A stretch of DNA of 64,000 bases from Patescibacteria group bacterium (GCA_028868715.1 JAGWUB010000002.1:145716-209715); one strand, 5' to 3'. Shown: positions 39,096 through 48,720, counted from the first letter of the stretch. The notes: generated from the sequence alone by a model not told the origin. Translations and numbers: made by a program.

Positions 39096-39962
39096 ATGCG
39101 AGTAGAGATAGATAGAATTTTGGGAGCAATTTTTACTTTGTTGGCACTTACAAGCATCTACATGACACTTACGAGCTTCTGGTACTCATCTTGGTTTTTA
39201 TGGACACTATTGACCGTCTGGACTTTGGCACTCAGTGTCTGGGTTTGGGACGGTTGGAGTAAGCATAAGCTGGAAGTCGGACACAAGGGACAACTTCTAT
39301 TTCTGGGCAGTAGACTTATGTACTTTTTCCAAGAAGGAAGACGTTTTGCGCCTAAACCTTTCGGTATAAAAACAACCGATTGCCGGAAACAGATAATGCC
39401 ACTGGATAAGTTGGAAGTGATAACCAAAGACAATGTGAAGGTGTTGGTTGGTGGGACGGTTGTATACCACGTTGAAAATTTAGACACTTTTTTTAGTATT
39501 GCTGAATCAGGGTTAAGAAAAGGTATCGATGATACTCGAGACCAAGCTATACGAGGAAAAGTTCGAGGTATGGACCTAGAGAAAGTTCTTGATTCTCACC
39601 AAGAACTTGGAGGAGATGTAAGCATTGCTCTTCAAAGTGGAAGCGCTCAATGGGGAGTACATATTGATCAGGTCATCGTGCCTGAAATAGCTCCTGATCC
39701 AAAAGTTGTGGAAGATCTCGAGCTCAAAGAGCGGGAAAATTTGCAACGAGATGGTCAAATAGTGGAATTAGAGCATTTCTCAAATAGAGTGAAAGAGCTT
39801 ATGCTTAAATCACCTGATGGCCCTGGACTCAGTCGAGAGCAAGCGATTGAACAAGTTCAACTGACCCTAGGTCAAACTACAAAGGCAACTGATGCTAAAA
39901 ACATCACCCTAGACTCAGCAACGGCACAGATGCTTGCAACAATTTTGGGAGGGAAAAAATGA
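39096..39962 (+). CDS. SPFH/band-7 (stomatin/prohibitin-like) domain membrane protein
   Basis: Trp-rich N-terminal TM hairpin, SPFH core (VITKDNVKVLVGGTVVYHV), C-terminal coiled coil. GC content is clearly higher than the flanking sequence. Confidence 0.75.
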   Translation: MRVEIDRILGAIFTLLALTSIYMTLTSFWYSSWFLWTLLTVWTLALSVWVWDGWSKHKLEVGHKGQLLFLGSRLMYFFQEGRRFAPKPFGIKTTDCRKQIMPLDKLEVITKDNVKVLVGGTVVYHVENLDTFFSIAESGLRKGIDDTRDQAIRGKVRGMDLEKVLDSHQELGGDVSIALQSGSAQWGVHIDQVIVPEIAPDPKVVEDLELKERENLQRDGQIVELEHFSNRVKELMLKSPDGPGLSREQAIEQVQLTLGQTTKATDAKNITLDSATAQMLATILGGKK

Positions 39963-40366
39963 TAATAAAAACTTTATTTATTGTTTTCATGGTGATAGCA
40001 ATAGTGCTGGGAATTACCGTTGGACTTGTTTACCTTACAAAGTCCTCTGTGGAGATCTCAAAAAATACATCAGTAAACAATACAACATCGACCCCAAACC
40101 TGGCTCCAATCGTGGTGCAGGAGAAAAGATTCGTTGTCGTACGAGAGTGCGACACTCCCTGCCAGATGGAGGTAGGGACGGACGAATTTATCGACACAGG
40201 CCTCAAACCTGCGTTGGTAAAGTTTAATGGGCGAAGTGAGTGGTTCACTTTGTCAGGTCGGAGGGATGATCCAATCCCTGCCGATAAATTTAATTCGGGG
40301 CAAGCACAGTTTGCTTCGTTGAAGAATGCACCTTCCATCCGGGTGCAGGTAAAGGAATTAAGGTAA
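39959..40366 (+). CDS. Small membrane-anchored protein coupled to the SPFH gene (NfeD-like partner?)
   Basis: 4-nt overlap with the SPFH stop, GGGAGGG Shine-Dalgarno, N-terminal TM helix plus a ~100-aa domain. Confidence 0.4.
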   Translation: MIIKTLFIVFMVIAIVLGITVGLVYLTKSSVEISKNTSVNNTTSTPNLAPIVVQEKRFVVVRECDTPCQMEVGTDEFIDTGLKPALVKFNGRSEWFTLSGRRDDPIPADKFNSGQAQFASLKNAPSIRVQVKELR

Positions 40367-40429
40367 CCTCAAGTCCACGGAATTTTAGCCAACTTCCGTT
40401 AACATATCGCGTTTGGCCAGCGCAAAACC

Positions 40430-40468
40430 AAAAGGACGGATCATCATAGATGAACCGTCCTTTTTTAA
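40430..40468 (+). terminator. Rho-independent terminator after the SPFH operon
   Basis: AGGACGG...CCGTCCT stem followed by TTTTTT. Confidence 0.45.
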
Positions 40469-40482
40469 TTTATTTAATACTT

Positions 40483-40812
40483 TTACTTTATCGATTGGCT
40501 ATCTACTGTTCCCTGCTGAGGATGTATATAATTTATGCCCAAGGTATTTAAAATCAGACCCATAATCGCCCAAACTCCGAGCATTATAGTGATACCGATA
40601 ATGCCCCAAACCATATGACTCTTGCCAGTCGTTTTTTTTTCTTCATTTTCTTGATTGAGAAGAAATTCAAGAACACCGTACAGAAAAAATAATATAGCTA
40701 AGGCAAAAAGCAGATATATGAGTGGGTTTATGATGGAAGCATCAACTTTATGGATGAAATCATCCACGCTGGTACCTGCAGCATAAGCTATTTTAGTAGA
40801 AAATAAATCCAT
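40483..40812 (-). CDS. VirB2/TrbC-like T4SS-pilin-like small membrane protein, paralog A
   Basis: Two hydrophobic helices separated by an EEKK..GKS loop (PLIYLLFALAILFFLYGVLEF ... MVWGIIGITIMLGVWAIMGLIL). Confidence 0.55.
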   Translation of the reverse strand: MDLFSTKIAYAAGTSVDDFIHKVDASIINPLIYLLFALAILFFLYGVLEFLLNQENEEKKTTGKSHMVWGIIGITIMLGVWAIMGLILNTLGINYIHPQQGTVDSQSIK

Positions 40813-40817
40813 TCCTG

Positions 40818-41216
40818 TTATTGACCAATTGTTGGAAGAGTAATCGTTGATTGATTTCCTTGTGGCACAAAAGTTCTTACTACAATGTTTACAAGTCCCC
40901 AGACAGCCACAATGACCGCCAAACCAATAATACCGTAGATTATTCTGTTGCGGCCAGTCTTCTTTGCTTCCTCATCACTAGCAATAACATAAGTAATAAC
41001 TCCCCAAACAAAGTAAACTACTCCAAGCGCTATCAACACTGGAACAATTGCATTAAGAATTTGACCTATCTTACACAACATACCTGGTATGTCAGTTACC
41101 GCAGCACCAGGAGTACATACAGTGACGGCACCGATACCAGTAGTTATTTGTGCCAATGCCACCATTGGCGCAAAGCCTAAAACAAAACCCGACAATACAA
41201 TTAATTTCTTTTTCAT
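40818..41216 (-). CDS. T4SS-pilin-like protein, paralog B
   Basis: Signal peptide, a Cys pair, and the same two-helix motif (IVPVLIALGVVYFVWGV...EEAKKTGRNRIIYGIIGLAVIVAVWGLVN). Confidence 0.55.
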   Translation of the reverse strand: MKKKLIVLSGFVLGFAPMVALAQITTGIGAVTVCTPGAAVTDIPGMLCKIGQILNAIVPVLIALGVVYFVWGVITYVIASDEEAKKTGRNRIIYGIIGLAVIVAVWGLVNIVVRTFVPQGNQSTITLPTIGQ

Positions 41217-41360
41217 AATGATTTATAAAACCTTTAATAATAATTTCGCGACCCTTTTAATAATGATTTAATGACCATATTTTACCACAAAGAACAAACG
41301 TAATAAAGCTATATACTGTGTATTATCCTACATACCAAAGGCTAAGGCAAATTTTCTTTA

Positions 41361-41807
41361 TTAATGACAATATCCATCGCTACCGCAATATTGACCATAT
41401 ATTGGGCATTCACTGTCGGTACTACATGATGTCGGAATACCTCCTCCGCCACCGCCTGTGGATCCTCCTCCACTACCACTTCCTCCTCCACCTGGTGTTG
41501 TTGTAGATGGATTTATGAATAGAGTATGCGAAGGCACTATTCCTGGAAGGACCCTGGTGTTGATGCGAAGAGTTCCACCCAAAATGGCTACTAGAGCCCA
41601 AACAGAACTAATGACCACAAAAGCTACAATGCCCCAGATCATAAATTGCTTACCTTGGGTTCTCTTGGCTTCTTCGTCAGCATTTATTATGAAAAACTTT
41701 ACTACACCCCAAACGAATAAAACAGCGGCCAAAGTAAAAATGAGTGGAATGATAGATCCACTAATAAGTTTAGTTCCATAATTAAATACATCTCCTATAT
41801 TTCCCAT
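41361..41807 (-). CDS. T4SS-pilin-like protein, paralog C, with a Gly-rich linker and a Cys-rich C-terminal knot
   Basis: IIPLIFTLAAVLFVWGVVKFF..EEAKRTQGKQFMIWGIVAFVV..; C-terminal GGGGSGSGGGSTGGGGGG...CSTDSECPIYGQYCGSDGYCH. Confidence 0.55.
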   Translation of the reverse strand: MGNIGDVFNYGTKLISGSIIPLIFTLAAVLFVWGVVKFFIINADEEAKRTQGKQFMIWGIVAFVVISSVWALVAILGGTLRINTRVLPGIVPSHTLFINPSTTTPGGGGSGSGGGSTGGGGGGIPTSCSTDSECPIYGQYCGSDGYCH

Positions 41808-41832
41808 AAATAATCTATCTTATTTATAACTA

Positions 41833-42411
41833 TCATTGCGCTGTCTGTGGAGGAACTTCTGATCTTATATCAATATTAAAAGTACTTCCCAAAATAGCTA
41901 CCAATCCCCACACACATAGCATCACCGTCATTGCAATTAGTCCCCAGACCATAAACTGCTTGCCTTGGCTGCGCTTGGCTTCTTCGTCAGCATTTATTAT
42001 GAAAAACTTTACTACACCCCAAACGAAAGCAGCCAAAGCTACCGCAAATATAAATGGAATGATGGAGTCTTTTATGGTGCAATCTATGTATCCTACTAAA
42101 TTTCTAAATGTTGTACCTACTCCCCCAGCGGTGTTGCATCCTGCTGTGGTTGTGGGATATGTAGGCGCAGTTCCTGCAAGATGAAAAGTGTTAACGACTA
42201 AATTAACGAGCCCCCACAAGCTAGTGATGACAGCTAGTCCAATGATTCCATAAATTATTCTATCTCTTCCTCTTTTTTTAGCCTCTTCTCCACCAGCGAT
42301 AACATATTGCACTACACCCCAAATAAAAAAAACAAGCCCAAGGGATACTAAAATCGGAATTATAGAATTGAGAATATTTTGCGCTGTACTAAATAGGTTG
42401 GATAAATTCAT
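41833..42411 (-). CDS. T4SS-pilin-like protein, paralog D (tandem two-domain fusion: N-terminal half resembles B, C-terminal half resembles C)
   Basis: Two complete copies of the helix-EEAK-helix module. A 51-nt stretch at 41967-42017 is identical to 41667-41717 in paralog C. Confidence 0.55.
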   Translation of the reverse strand: MNLSNLFSTAQNILNSIIPILVSLGLVFFIWGVVQYVIAGGEEAKKRGRDRIIYGIIGLAVITSLWGLVNLVVNTFHLAGTAPTYPTTTAGCNTAGGVGTTFRNLVGYIDCTIKDSIIPFIFAVALAAFVWGVVKFFIINADEEAKRSQGKQFMVWGLIAMTVMLCVWGLVAILGSTFNIDIRSEVPPQTAQ

Positions 42412-42418
42412 AATTTAA

Positions 42419-42871
42419 TTAACCAAGTCCAGAAACAGTGGTGACAATAAGGTTTGCAATGGCCCAAGCTCCGAGAAGTATCGCTGCTCCTATAAGTGTA
42501 TAAAACAGAGCGTCTTTGGCTTCTGTGAGTTTTGCTTCTTTTCCTCTAGCAGACACAAAAAGAAAACCGCAGTAAATGATGGCCAGAGCTACTATTGGTA
42601 TACCTATCTTGAGCGCACCTATCAAAGCATTATGAATAAATGTAGGTATATCTGTGGGACCATTTGGACCAAGTGGATTGTGGATTTTACCATCGTTGAC
42701 GGTATCGTTGGTTGGGGTAGGTTGCCCTCCATTAGAGCTGGGAGTGGGTTGTTGCGCAAAAGAAAGTATTGGTAAAACAAAAATGGAAAAAATAAAGACT
42801 GTTATAGTTACAAATAATATATTTTTCTTAATAAATTTCATAGTTTTAATTATAACATAGCTAAAAACCAA
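42419..42871 (-). CDS. T4SS-pilin-like protein, paralog E
   Basis: Signal peptide, Pro/Thr-rich region, then IGIPIVALAIIYCGFLFVS..GKEAKLTEAKDALFYTLIGAAILLGAWAIANLIV. Confidence 0.5.
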   Translation of the reverse strand: MVFSYVIIKTMKFIKKNILFVTITVFIFSIFVLPILSFAQQPTPSSNGGQPTPTNDTVNDGKIHNPLGPNGPTDIPTFIHNALIGALKIGIPIVALAIIYCGFLFVSARGKEAKLTEAKDALFYTLIGAAILLGAWAIANLIVTTVSGLG

Positions 42872-43427
42872 TCCAAGTACCAGTATAACCTAAGGTTTTT
42901 AATAAAAGCATGATGATAAGGTAAGCGCAAAATGCGATTATCAGACCGATGGCAGCGTTGAGAAAGATTTCTTTTGCTTTTGTCCTTGCACTAGTATCAC
43001 CAGCCGAAGTTAAAAGTAAAAAACCGGCATATGCAAACATAATAGCAGCAATCGGTAAAGCCAAACCAACTAGAATGAATTTAATGATGTTATTTACAAG
43101 AGCCATGACGCTGTTGAAATTACAAGCATCAGCTGGATCCGCTACTCTTATGATTAAATTTTTATTTACGGAATATGTACCGTCTTTATTTTGATTTACT
43201 TGATATTCGCAAATTATTTTTCTACCACACTGAACTATGCCTATACCTGTATTTTGGTTCTTTTGGTTCTCGGAACATATGCTCGGATCAACGGGGTTAG
43301 CTTTCTGTGCTGCATCAAAGCTACAATAATTTGTACTTGAGCCTGTACACTGCGCAAAAGAAATAGCTGGCACAATAAACATCAAAAACATTGAAGTGGC
43401 TATCAGAAATTTTGTTTTATTTTTCAT
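42861..43427 (-). CDS. T4SS-pilin-like protein, paralog F, with a 7-Cys N-terminal extracellular domain
   Basis: Signal peptide, Cys-rich ~90-aa domain, then LALPIAAIMFAYAGFLLLTSAGD..AKEIFLNAAIGLIIAFCAYLIIMLL. Confidence 0.5.
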   Translation of the reverse strand: MKNKTKFLIATSMFLMFIVPAISFAQCTGSSTNYCSFDAAQKANPVDPSICSENQKNQNTGIGIVQCGRKIICEYQVNQNKDGTYSVNKNLIIRVADPADACNFNSVMALVNNIIKFILVGLALPIAAIMFAYAGFLLLTSAGDTSARTKAKEIFLNAAIGLIIAFCAYLIIMLLLKTLGYTGTWIGF

Positions 43428-43431
43428 AAAT

Positions 43432-44721
43432 TTATTTTATTAATAGAAGATCCAACTTGGAGCTACTGTCACTGATGGCATCTCGCGCAGTCATATTGTT
43501 TGAAATGACTGATTCAACCATCGTACGAAAAATATTATTGGTTCCACTTGGGGATGGGTCTAGCCAGCTCTTACTATATAAAGCGGAATCGTAAAAAATT
43601 GGAGAGTAGGCATCGGCTGGTTTTATGGCTAGCAGATCTCGACGTGCGGGTGGTATGGCTAAAGCGTTGGCAAACTTAGAAGCAAAATCACTAGTAGCGA
43701 TTAGGCTCGCCGCAGTAAAAGCTGTCGTTAAATTTTTAGAAGCAGATGAAATGGCAAGACCAGTGACTCGAGCACTAGTTATCTTTGTAGATGCATCTGC
43801 GAGCTGAGGTATCGGCGCAACTCCTAAGTTTTGATTTGGATTTCTGTTTACCAAAGATTGAAATTCAGAAGCAAATCCAAAATAAAAAGCTAAGTCTTCA
43901 GAGCTAAAAGCATCCGTAGAATTTGAAAAAGATTTATTCCACGAATATATACTTTGGGCTGGGTCGGTAAAATTTGTGTAATATTGCAAGATTGTGCTAA
44001 GGTCGTGTTTCTCATTAAAAACGTTCAAAAAAGATCCGAGAGATCCATTTTTTTGAGCAATGATAGGATTTCCAGTCTGCATAAACATAGCTACCAAGAT
44101 GTCTTTCGCGTGAGCAATATTAGAAAAATCTCCTAGCGCCACTGCGCTTTTTAATATTTTATTTGAAGTGTCTTTCTTGGTAATGAGTGGAGCTTGGGTG
44201 GATAATTCGTCCCAAGTTTTTGGCGGATAAACAATTGCATTTGAATCAAGCATACTTCGGTTGTAATACAGCATTAGTGGATCAATCGTCATTGGGAAGG
44301 CCAATATTCCATTAGAAGTCAGAAACACGCTCCCTGCCCCCGCAAAAGTGTTGTTAAAAGTAACTAACGGATAACTGGTGTATGGAATAGGAAAAATTTT
44401 ATTGGAATAATGAACAGCTAAATTATCCGGCAAGAAAAACATGTCAGGTCCAGTACCAGAAGCGAGCGCCTCCAGCAAGCTTTGGTCAAAAGTATCTGCG
44501 GACTTCTCTATATAGTTCACGGAAAAAGTTTGATTGGCCGTATTAAAATCATTAATAAGCGGAAGCATTGTTGCCGCCGGTACTGTACCCCACAATACAA
44601 CTGTACCCGTGGCTTTGTTGCTACTGTTGCCAAGTGGTATTGCGCCAGAAAAAACCAAAACACCAAAAACAGCTCCAGCTATGAATATGATTATAATTAT
44701 AGTTTGAAAAGTCCCTTTCAT
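43432..44721 (-). CDS. Membrane-anchored family-1 extracellular solute-binding-protein-like protein (orphan, no ABC permease or ATPase nearby)
   Basis: VVLWGT, PDMFFLPDN and YNRSMLD...PPKTWDEL motifs of SBP_bac_1/8; N-terminal TM anchor. Confidence 0.7.
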   Translation of the reverse strand: MKGTFQTIIIIIFIAGAVFGVLVFSGAIPLGNSSNKATGTVVLWGTVPAATMLPLINDFNTANQTFSVNYIEKSADTFDQSLLEALASGTGPDMFFLPDNLAVHYSNKIFPIPYTSYPLVTFNNTFAGAGSVFLTSNGILAFPMTIDPLMLYYNRSMLDSNAIVYPPKTWDELSTQAPLITKKDTSNKILKSAVALGDFSNIAHAKDILVAMFMQTGNPIIAQKNGSLGSFLNVFNEKHDLSTILQYYTNFTDPAQSIYSWNKSFSNSTDAFSSEDLAFYFGFASEFQSLVNRNPNQNLGVAPIPQLADASTKITSARVTGLAISSASKNLTTAFTAASLIATSDFASKFANALAIPPARRDLLAIKPADAYSPIFYDSALYSKSWLDPSPSGTNNIFRTMVESVISNNMTARDAISDSSSKLDLLLIK

Positions 44722-44722
44722 G

Positions 44723-45253
44723 TTATTGCTTTACTAATATCATACCATAATGATGAGCGCCTGCATCAATATTACGCTCTAAAACAAAACCTTTTTGCTC
44801 AAACATTTCGAGAGCTCTTGTTTTTGGAAAAGCTGAGTTTAATTTGATAGCCACAGGTTCACCTTCAGACTCTACCAACCAGTCGATCACGAGTACTCTG
44901 CCGCCAGGCTTCAAAATCCTTCTGATCTCTTCGATAAATTTATTTTTGTCTTCAATTTGAAAAAGGATGTTGGAAGCGATAACCGCATCCACAATATTAT
45001 TTCCTATTCTTGTTCCACCGACAGTCTCAACGTCGCCCCAAAGTATTTCTACGTTATTTAAATGGGCTTCTTGTACCTTGTTTTTAATTGTAGTTAAAAA
45101 ATCTTTTGTAATTTCAACAGCGTAAACTTTTCCACGAGAAACGATGGCACCAGCAGGCAAAGTATAGTAGCCAGTTCCCGCCCCTAAATCAGCCACAATA
45201 TTGTCTTCTCTTAAACTGAAGGCTTTTAAGTTTTTTACCGGATCGGTAAACAT
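44723..45253 (-). CDS. Class I SAM-dependent methyltransferase
   Basis: VADLGAGTGYYTL motif I and following methyltransferase motifs. Confidence 0.75.
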   Translation of the reverse strand: MFTDPVKNLKAFSLREDNIVADLGAGTGYYTLPAGAIVSRGKVYAVEITKDFLTTIKNKVQEAHLNNVEILWGDVETVGGTRIGNNIVDAVIASNILFQIEDKNKFIEEIRRILKPGGRVLVIDWLVESEGEPVAIKLNSAFPKTRALEMFEQKGFVLERNIDAGAHHYGMILVKQ

Positions 45254-45269
45254 ATTTTATATTGTAACA

Positions 45270-47741
45270 CTAAATGCAAGCTAAAGAAGCAATCCCGTCG
45301 CCTCCACGCAGACGCATTACGGTCACGCCTTGAGTTTGGCGACCTAGGTTTGGAATATCTTTGAGCGCAGTGCGAATGACTTGTCCTTTTTTAGACATAG
45401 CTATTAATTCTTCTTCCTCGCCACCCAAAACTTTGGCTACTATCAGTTTACCCGTTTTAGGAGTCACTTTGGCAGTTTTGATTCCTGAACCTCCCCGTTT
45501 TTGAACTTTATATTCTTTCAAGGCAGTCTTTTTACCAAAACCGTTGGCGCTCATTGTCAGAAACGCACCTTTTTCAATAGTTTTTTTAATAACATCTACC
45601 CCGATAACTTCGTCACCTTTTTTCAGTTTTATGCCCGTCACTCCTCCAGCAGTTCTACCCATTTCGCGCACGTCAGATTCTTTAAATCTTATCGACTGCC
45701 CATCACCAGTGGCAATCATGACTTCATCACCTTTGTTTGTAGCCAGGGCCGAGATAAGTTGATCTCCCTTATCTAGGCGGATAGCAATAATTCCACTTTG
45801 GCGAACATCCTGGAAAGAAGCTGCTGCCATTTTTTTAGCAGTACCATCTTTGGTGACTAGCATCAGCGAAGAAGCGGCCTCTTCTTTTTTCTTGGGCATT
45901 GCTAAAATTGAAGTAACTTTTTCATCTCCAGAGAGTGAAAGGAAATTCATAATTGACTTACCTCGAGTAGCGCGACGGCCTTCGGGGATGTCATACATTT
46001 TCATTTGATAAACTTTTCCTAGGTTGGTAAAGAATAGTAGGTTGCTATGAGTCGAACCTGATACCAACATGGTGACAAAATCTTCTTCTTTGGTTTCTAG
46101 GTCAATCACTCCGACTCCACCACGTTTTTGGGCTTTGTATTCTTTGGGATCAGTGCACTTCACATATCCACCAGCTGTTAATACTAGCATCGTTTCTTTT
46201 TCAGGTATTAAATCTTCATCTGAAATTTCTTTGACTCCGCCTTTGACTATCTTGGTACGACGCTCATCGGCATACTTTGCGCGAATTTCTTTTATCTCGT
46301 CACTGATAATTTTAAGTATCTTTTTAGAGCTTGCTAAAAGATCTTTCATGTCGGCGATGAATTTCTGCTTTTCTTTTAGTTCGTCTTCCACCAATTTTCT
46401 CTCCAGACCAGCAAGTTTGGATAATTTCATCTCCAAAATAGCTGTCGCTTGTAGATCTGAAAACTTAAATTCCTTAATCAAATTTACTTTTGCAATTTGA
46501 GAATTTTTTGAAGCTCGGATAATGCTGATAACTTTATCTATTTTATCCAGCGCTTTTTTGAGACCGAGTAATATGTGTTCACGTTCCTCAGCTTTTCTCA
46601 AATCAAAAGCACTTCTTCTCTTGACTACTTCTTTTCTATGTAAAATAAATTGCTCTAATATGGACTTCAAGGAAAGAGTCTGCGGTACGCCATCTACCAA
46701 CGCCACCATATTAAAATTAAAATTTTGTTCTAGTTGGGTATTTTTATAGATATAATTTAAAACTTTTTCTGGATGGGCACTACCCTTCAAGTCAATCACA
46801 ATACGAATATCTTTGGTAGATTCATCGCGAAGTCCCTTGATTCCATCAAGTTTTTTTTCTTGTACCAATTCGGCAATGGCCATTATTAAATTAGCCTTGT
46901 TGACTCTGAAAGGAATAGAAGTAATGATAATCTGTGGATTGCCATTTTTGTCTTCGGTTATTTCTGCCTCTCCTCGGCACACCACCCCACCTCGGCCTGA
47001 CGAATAAGCATGAAGCATATCTTTAGAGCCATAAGCAATGCCACCGGTTGGAAAGTCTGGTCCCTTAATAAATTGCATCAAGTCTTCGGTCGTAGCGTCT
47101 GTGTTTTCTATTAAATGAATCGTGGCGTCCAAAACTTCACCAAGGTTGTGTGACGGAATATTTGTCGCCATACCGACAGCGATACCAAGTGTGCCGTTTA
47201 AAAGTAGCGCTGGCACCGCAGCTGGCAAGACTATTGGTTCTTTGCGAGTCTGGTCATAGTTTGGGCGAAAATCCACAGTTTCTTTTTCTAAATCACGTAA
47301 AAGTTCGTTTGAAACTTTGGTCATCTTTGCTTCGGTATAACGCATAGCCGCCGGATTGTCTCCATCGATAGAACCAAAGTTCCCCTGACCCCAGATCAAC
47401 GGATAACGATAAGAAAATTCTTGCGCCATTCCAACCATAGAATCATAAACAGCTGTATCACCATGTGGATGATATTTTCCCAATACATCTCCGACAATTG
47501 CAGCTGATTTACGAAAACGCGCAGTAGAAGTTAAACCCATTTCATTCATTCCAAATAAAATTCGGCGATGCACCGGCTTGAGTCCGTCTCGCACATCGGG
47601 AAGTGCTCGTGAAGTAATCACGGTCATAGCATAGGCTATGTATGATTCCTTCATTTCCGCCACGATGTCTACTCCGACAACTACGTTACCGGCTTTTTTT
47701 TCATTTGGATCACTTGCAGGTTCTTTTATTTTTTTTACCAT
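45270..47741 (-). CDS. gyrA: DNA gyrase subunit A
   Basis: [25 protein letters not shown], an active-site tyrosine region, and a C-terminal beta-pinwheel. Confidence 0.95.
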   Translation of the reverse strand: MVKKIKEPASDPNEKKAGNVVVGVDIVAEMKESYIAYAMTVITSRALPDVRDGLKPVHRRILFGMNEMGLTSTARFRKSAAIVGDVLGKYHPHGDTAVYDSMVGMAQEFSYRYPLIWGQGNFGSIDGDNPAAMRYTEAKMTKVSNELLRDLEKETVDFRPNYDQTRKEPIVLPAAVPALLLNGTLGIAVGMATNIPSHNLGEVLDATIHLIENTDATTEDLMQFIKGPDFPTGGIAYGSKDMLHAYSSGRGGVVCRGEAEITEDKNGNPQIIITSIPFRVNKANLIMAIAELVQEKKLDGIKGLRDESTKDIRIVIDLKGSAHPEKVLNYIYKNTQLEQNFNFNMVALVDGVPQTLSLKSILEQFILHRKEVVKRRSAFDLRKAEEREHILLGLKKALDKIDKVISIIRASKNSQIAKVNLIKEFKFSDLQATAILEMKLSKLAGLERKLVEDELKEKQKFIADMKDLLASSKKILKIISDEIKEIRAKYADERRTKIVKGGVKEISDEDLIPEKETMLVLTAGGYVKCTDPKEYKAQKRGGVGVIDLETKEEDFVTMLVSGSTHSNLLFFTNLGKVYQMKMYDIPEGRRATRGKSIMNFLSLSGDEKVTSILAMPKKKEEAASSLMLVTKDGTAKKMAAASFQDVRQSGIIAIRLDKGDQLISALATNKGDEVMIATGDGQSIRFKESDVREMGRTAGGVTGIKLKKGDEVIGVDVIKKTIEKGAFLTMSANGFGKKTALKEYKVQKRGGSGIKTAKVTPKTGKLIVAKVLGGEEEELIAMSKKGQVIRTALKDIPNLGRQTQGVTVMRLRGGDGIASLACI

Positions 47742-47947
47742 AATGACGAAACGTTATCTTTTAATACGGAAAATGGTTGTACATCTTGTTTCATTTGCGT
47801 TTGAGTATCAGAATTACTTAAATTTGTTCCTAGTGAATAAATCCATAGAGCTATCAGAACAACCGCTATAATCAAAGTAAGAAGATGTAAGATATGTCTT
47901 CTTGTTTCCTCGGGCTGACGTCTTATAAAATGTATCGCTTTTTTCAT
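47735..47947 (-). CDS. Small single-TM protein upstream of gyrA, overlapping its start
   Basis: ORF with one hydrophobic helix; support is weak. Confidence 0.3.
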   Translation of the reverse strand: MKKAIHFIRRQPEETRRHILHLLTLIIAVVLIALWIYSLGTNLSNSDTQTQMKQDVQPFSVLKDNVSSLW

Positions 47948-47964
47948 ACAATCATTAACTTGAA

Positions 47965-48600
47965 TTAAGCTTCTTTTAAAACTACTACTTCCCCCTCCTT
48001 GCCATCTAAATCTTTTAATTTAAGGGTCAATTTATCTACCACTTCTGCTTTTTCTTCGCCGGACTCTTTCAAAAAAGCTTTGAGGGATGCCGAATCATAG
48101 TCCATCGGTATTATCATTTTTGGTTCTAAGGATGAAGCAAGTTTTGCGGCCCCCTTAGCGTCGAGCATGCCTTTGTCACCCACAGGAACAAAAAGTATAT
48201 CTGGGTTATTTATCGCTTCACGAGCTTCTTTTGAAATTTCTCCATCTGACAATGCTCCCAAAAATACTACCTTTATGTTATCTATGGAAAATATATAAAT
48301 GGTATTGATGTAACTTTTACCAGCTATCAGTGCGTTTGACAAGACTCCTTTAATAAAAATTTCTTTTACTTCATAGTCTCCCGGACCAGTTATTTCAAAG
48401 GGGGAGCGCTCTCCATGGGAGAGTTGTTCTAGGCCATTGTAATCGGGGTGATTGGTGGTAACTAGGGCAATGTCAGCACCAAAGTGTGTATTTATGCCTG
48501 TTTTCGAGCTTTTACTGACCGGATTAAAGGCGGTGACTAGTTTCCCCTGCTCAATCTTAAAAAATTGTTTTCCGAAATATGTGATTATCATTATTTGCAT
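47965..48600 (-). CDS. MBL-fold metallo-hydrolase
   Basis: Beta-lactamase-like fold with metal-binding His/Asp (HPDYNG..., VPVGDKG, PMDYD). Confidence 0.6.
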   Translation of the reverse strand: MQIMIITYFGKQFFKIEQGKLVTAFNPVSKSSKTGINTHFGADIALVTTNHPDYNGLEQLSHGERSPFEITGPGDYEVKEIFIKGVLSNALIAGKSYINTIYIFSIDNIKVVFLGALSDGEISKEAREAINNPDILFVPVGDKGMLDAKGAAKLASSLEPKMIIPMDYDSASLKAFLKESGEEKAEVVDKLTLKLKDLDGKEGEVVVLKEA

Positions 48601-48689
48601 TCTAGCATATTTTTTGCTAGACTAAAAGTAATTAATAGCAGGATTTAGGGTAACCCTAATAAGGCACGAGCCAAATTAGAACCTAAGCC

Positions 48690-48720
48690 TTATATCCGCT
48701 TCATGCGGATTTTTTAATTT
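48690..48720 (+). promoter_or_regulatory. Terminator-like hairpin plus T-tract ending immediately before the rpsA ATG (candidate leader or attenuator)
   Basis: ATCCGC-TTCA-TGCGGAT + TTTTTTAATTT, preceded by a second hairpin TAAGGC...GCCTTA. Confidence 0.35.
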
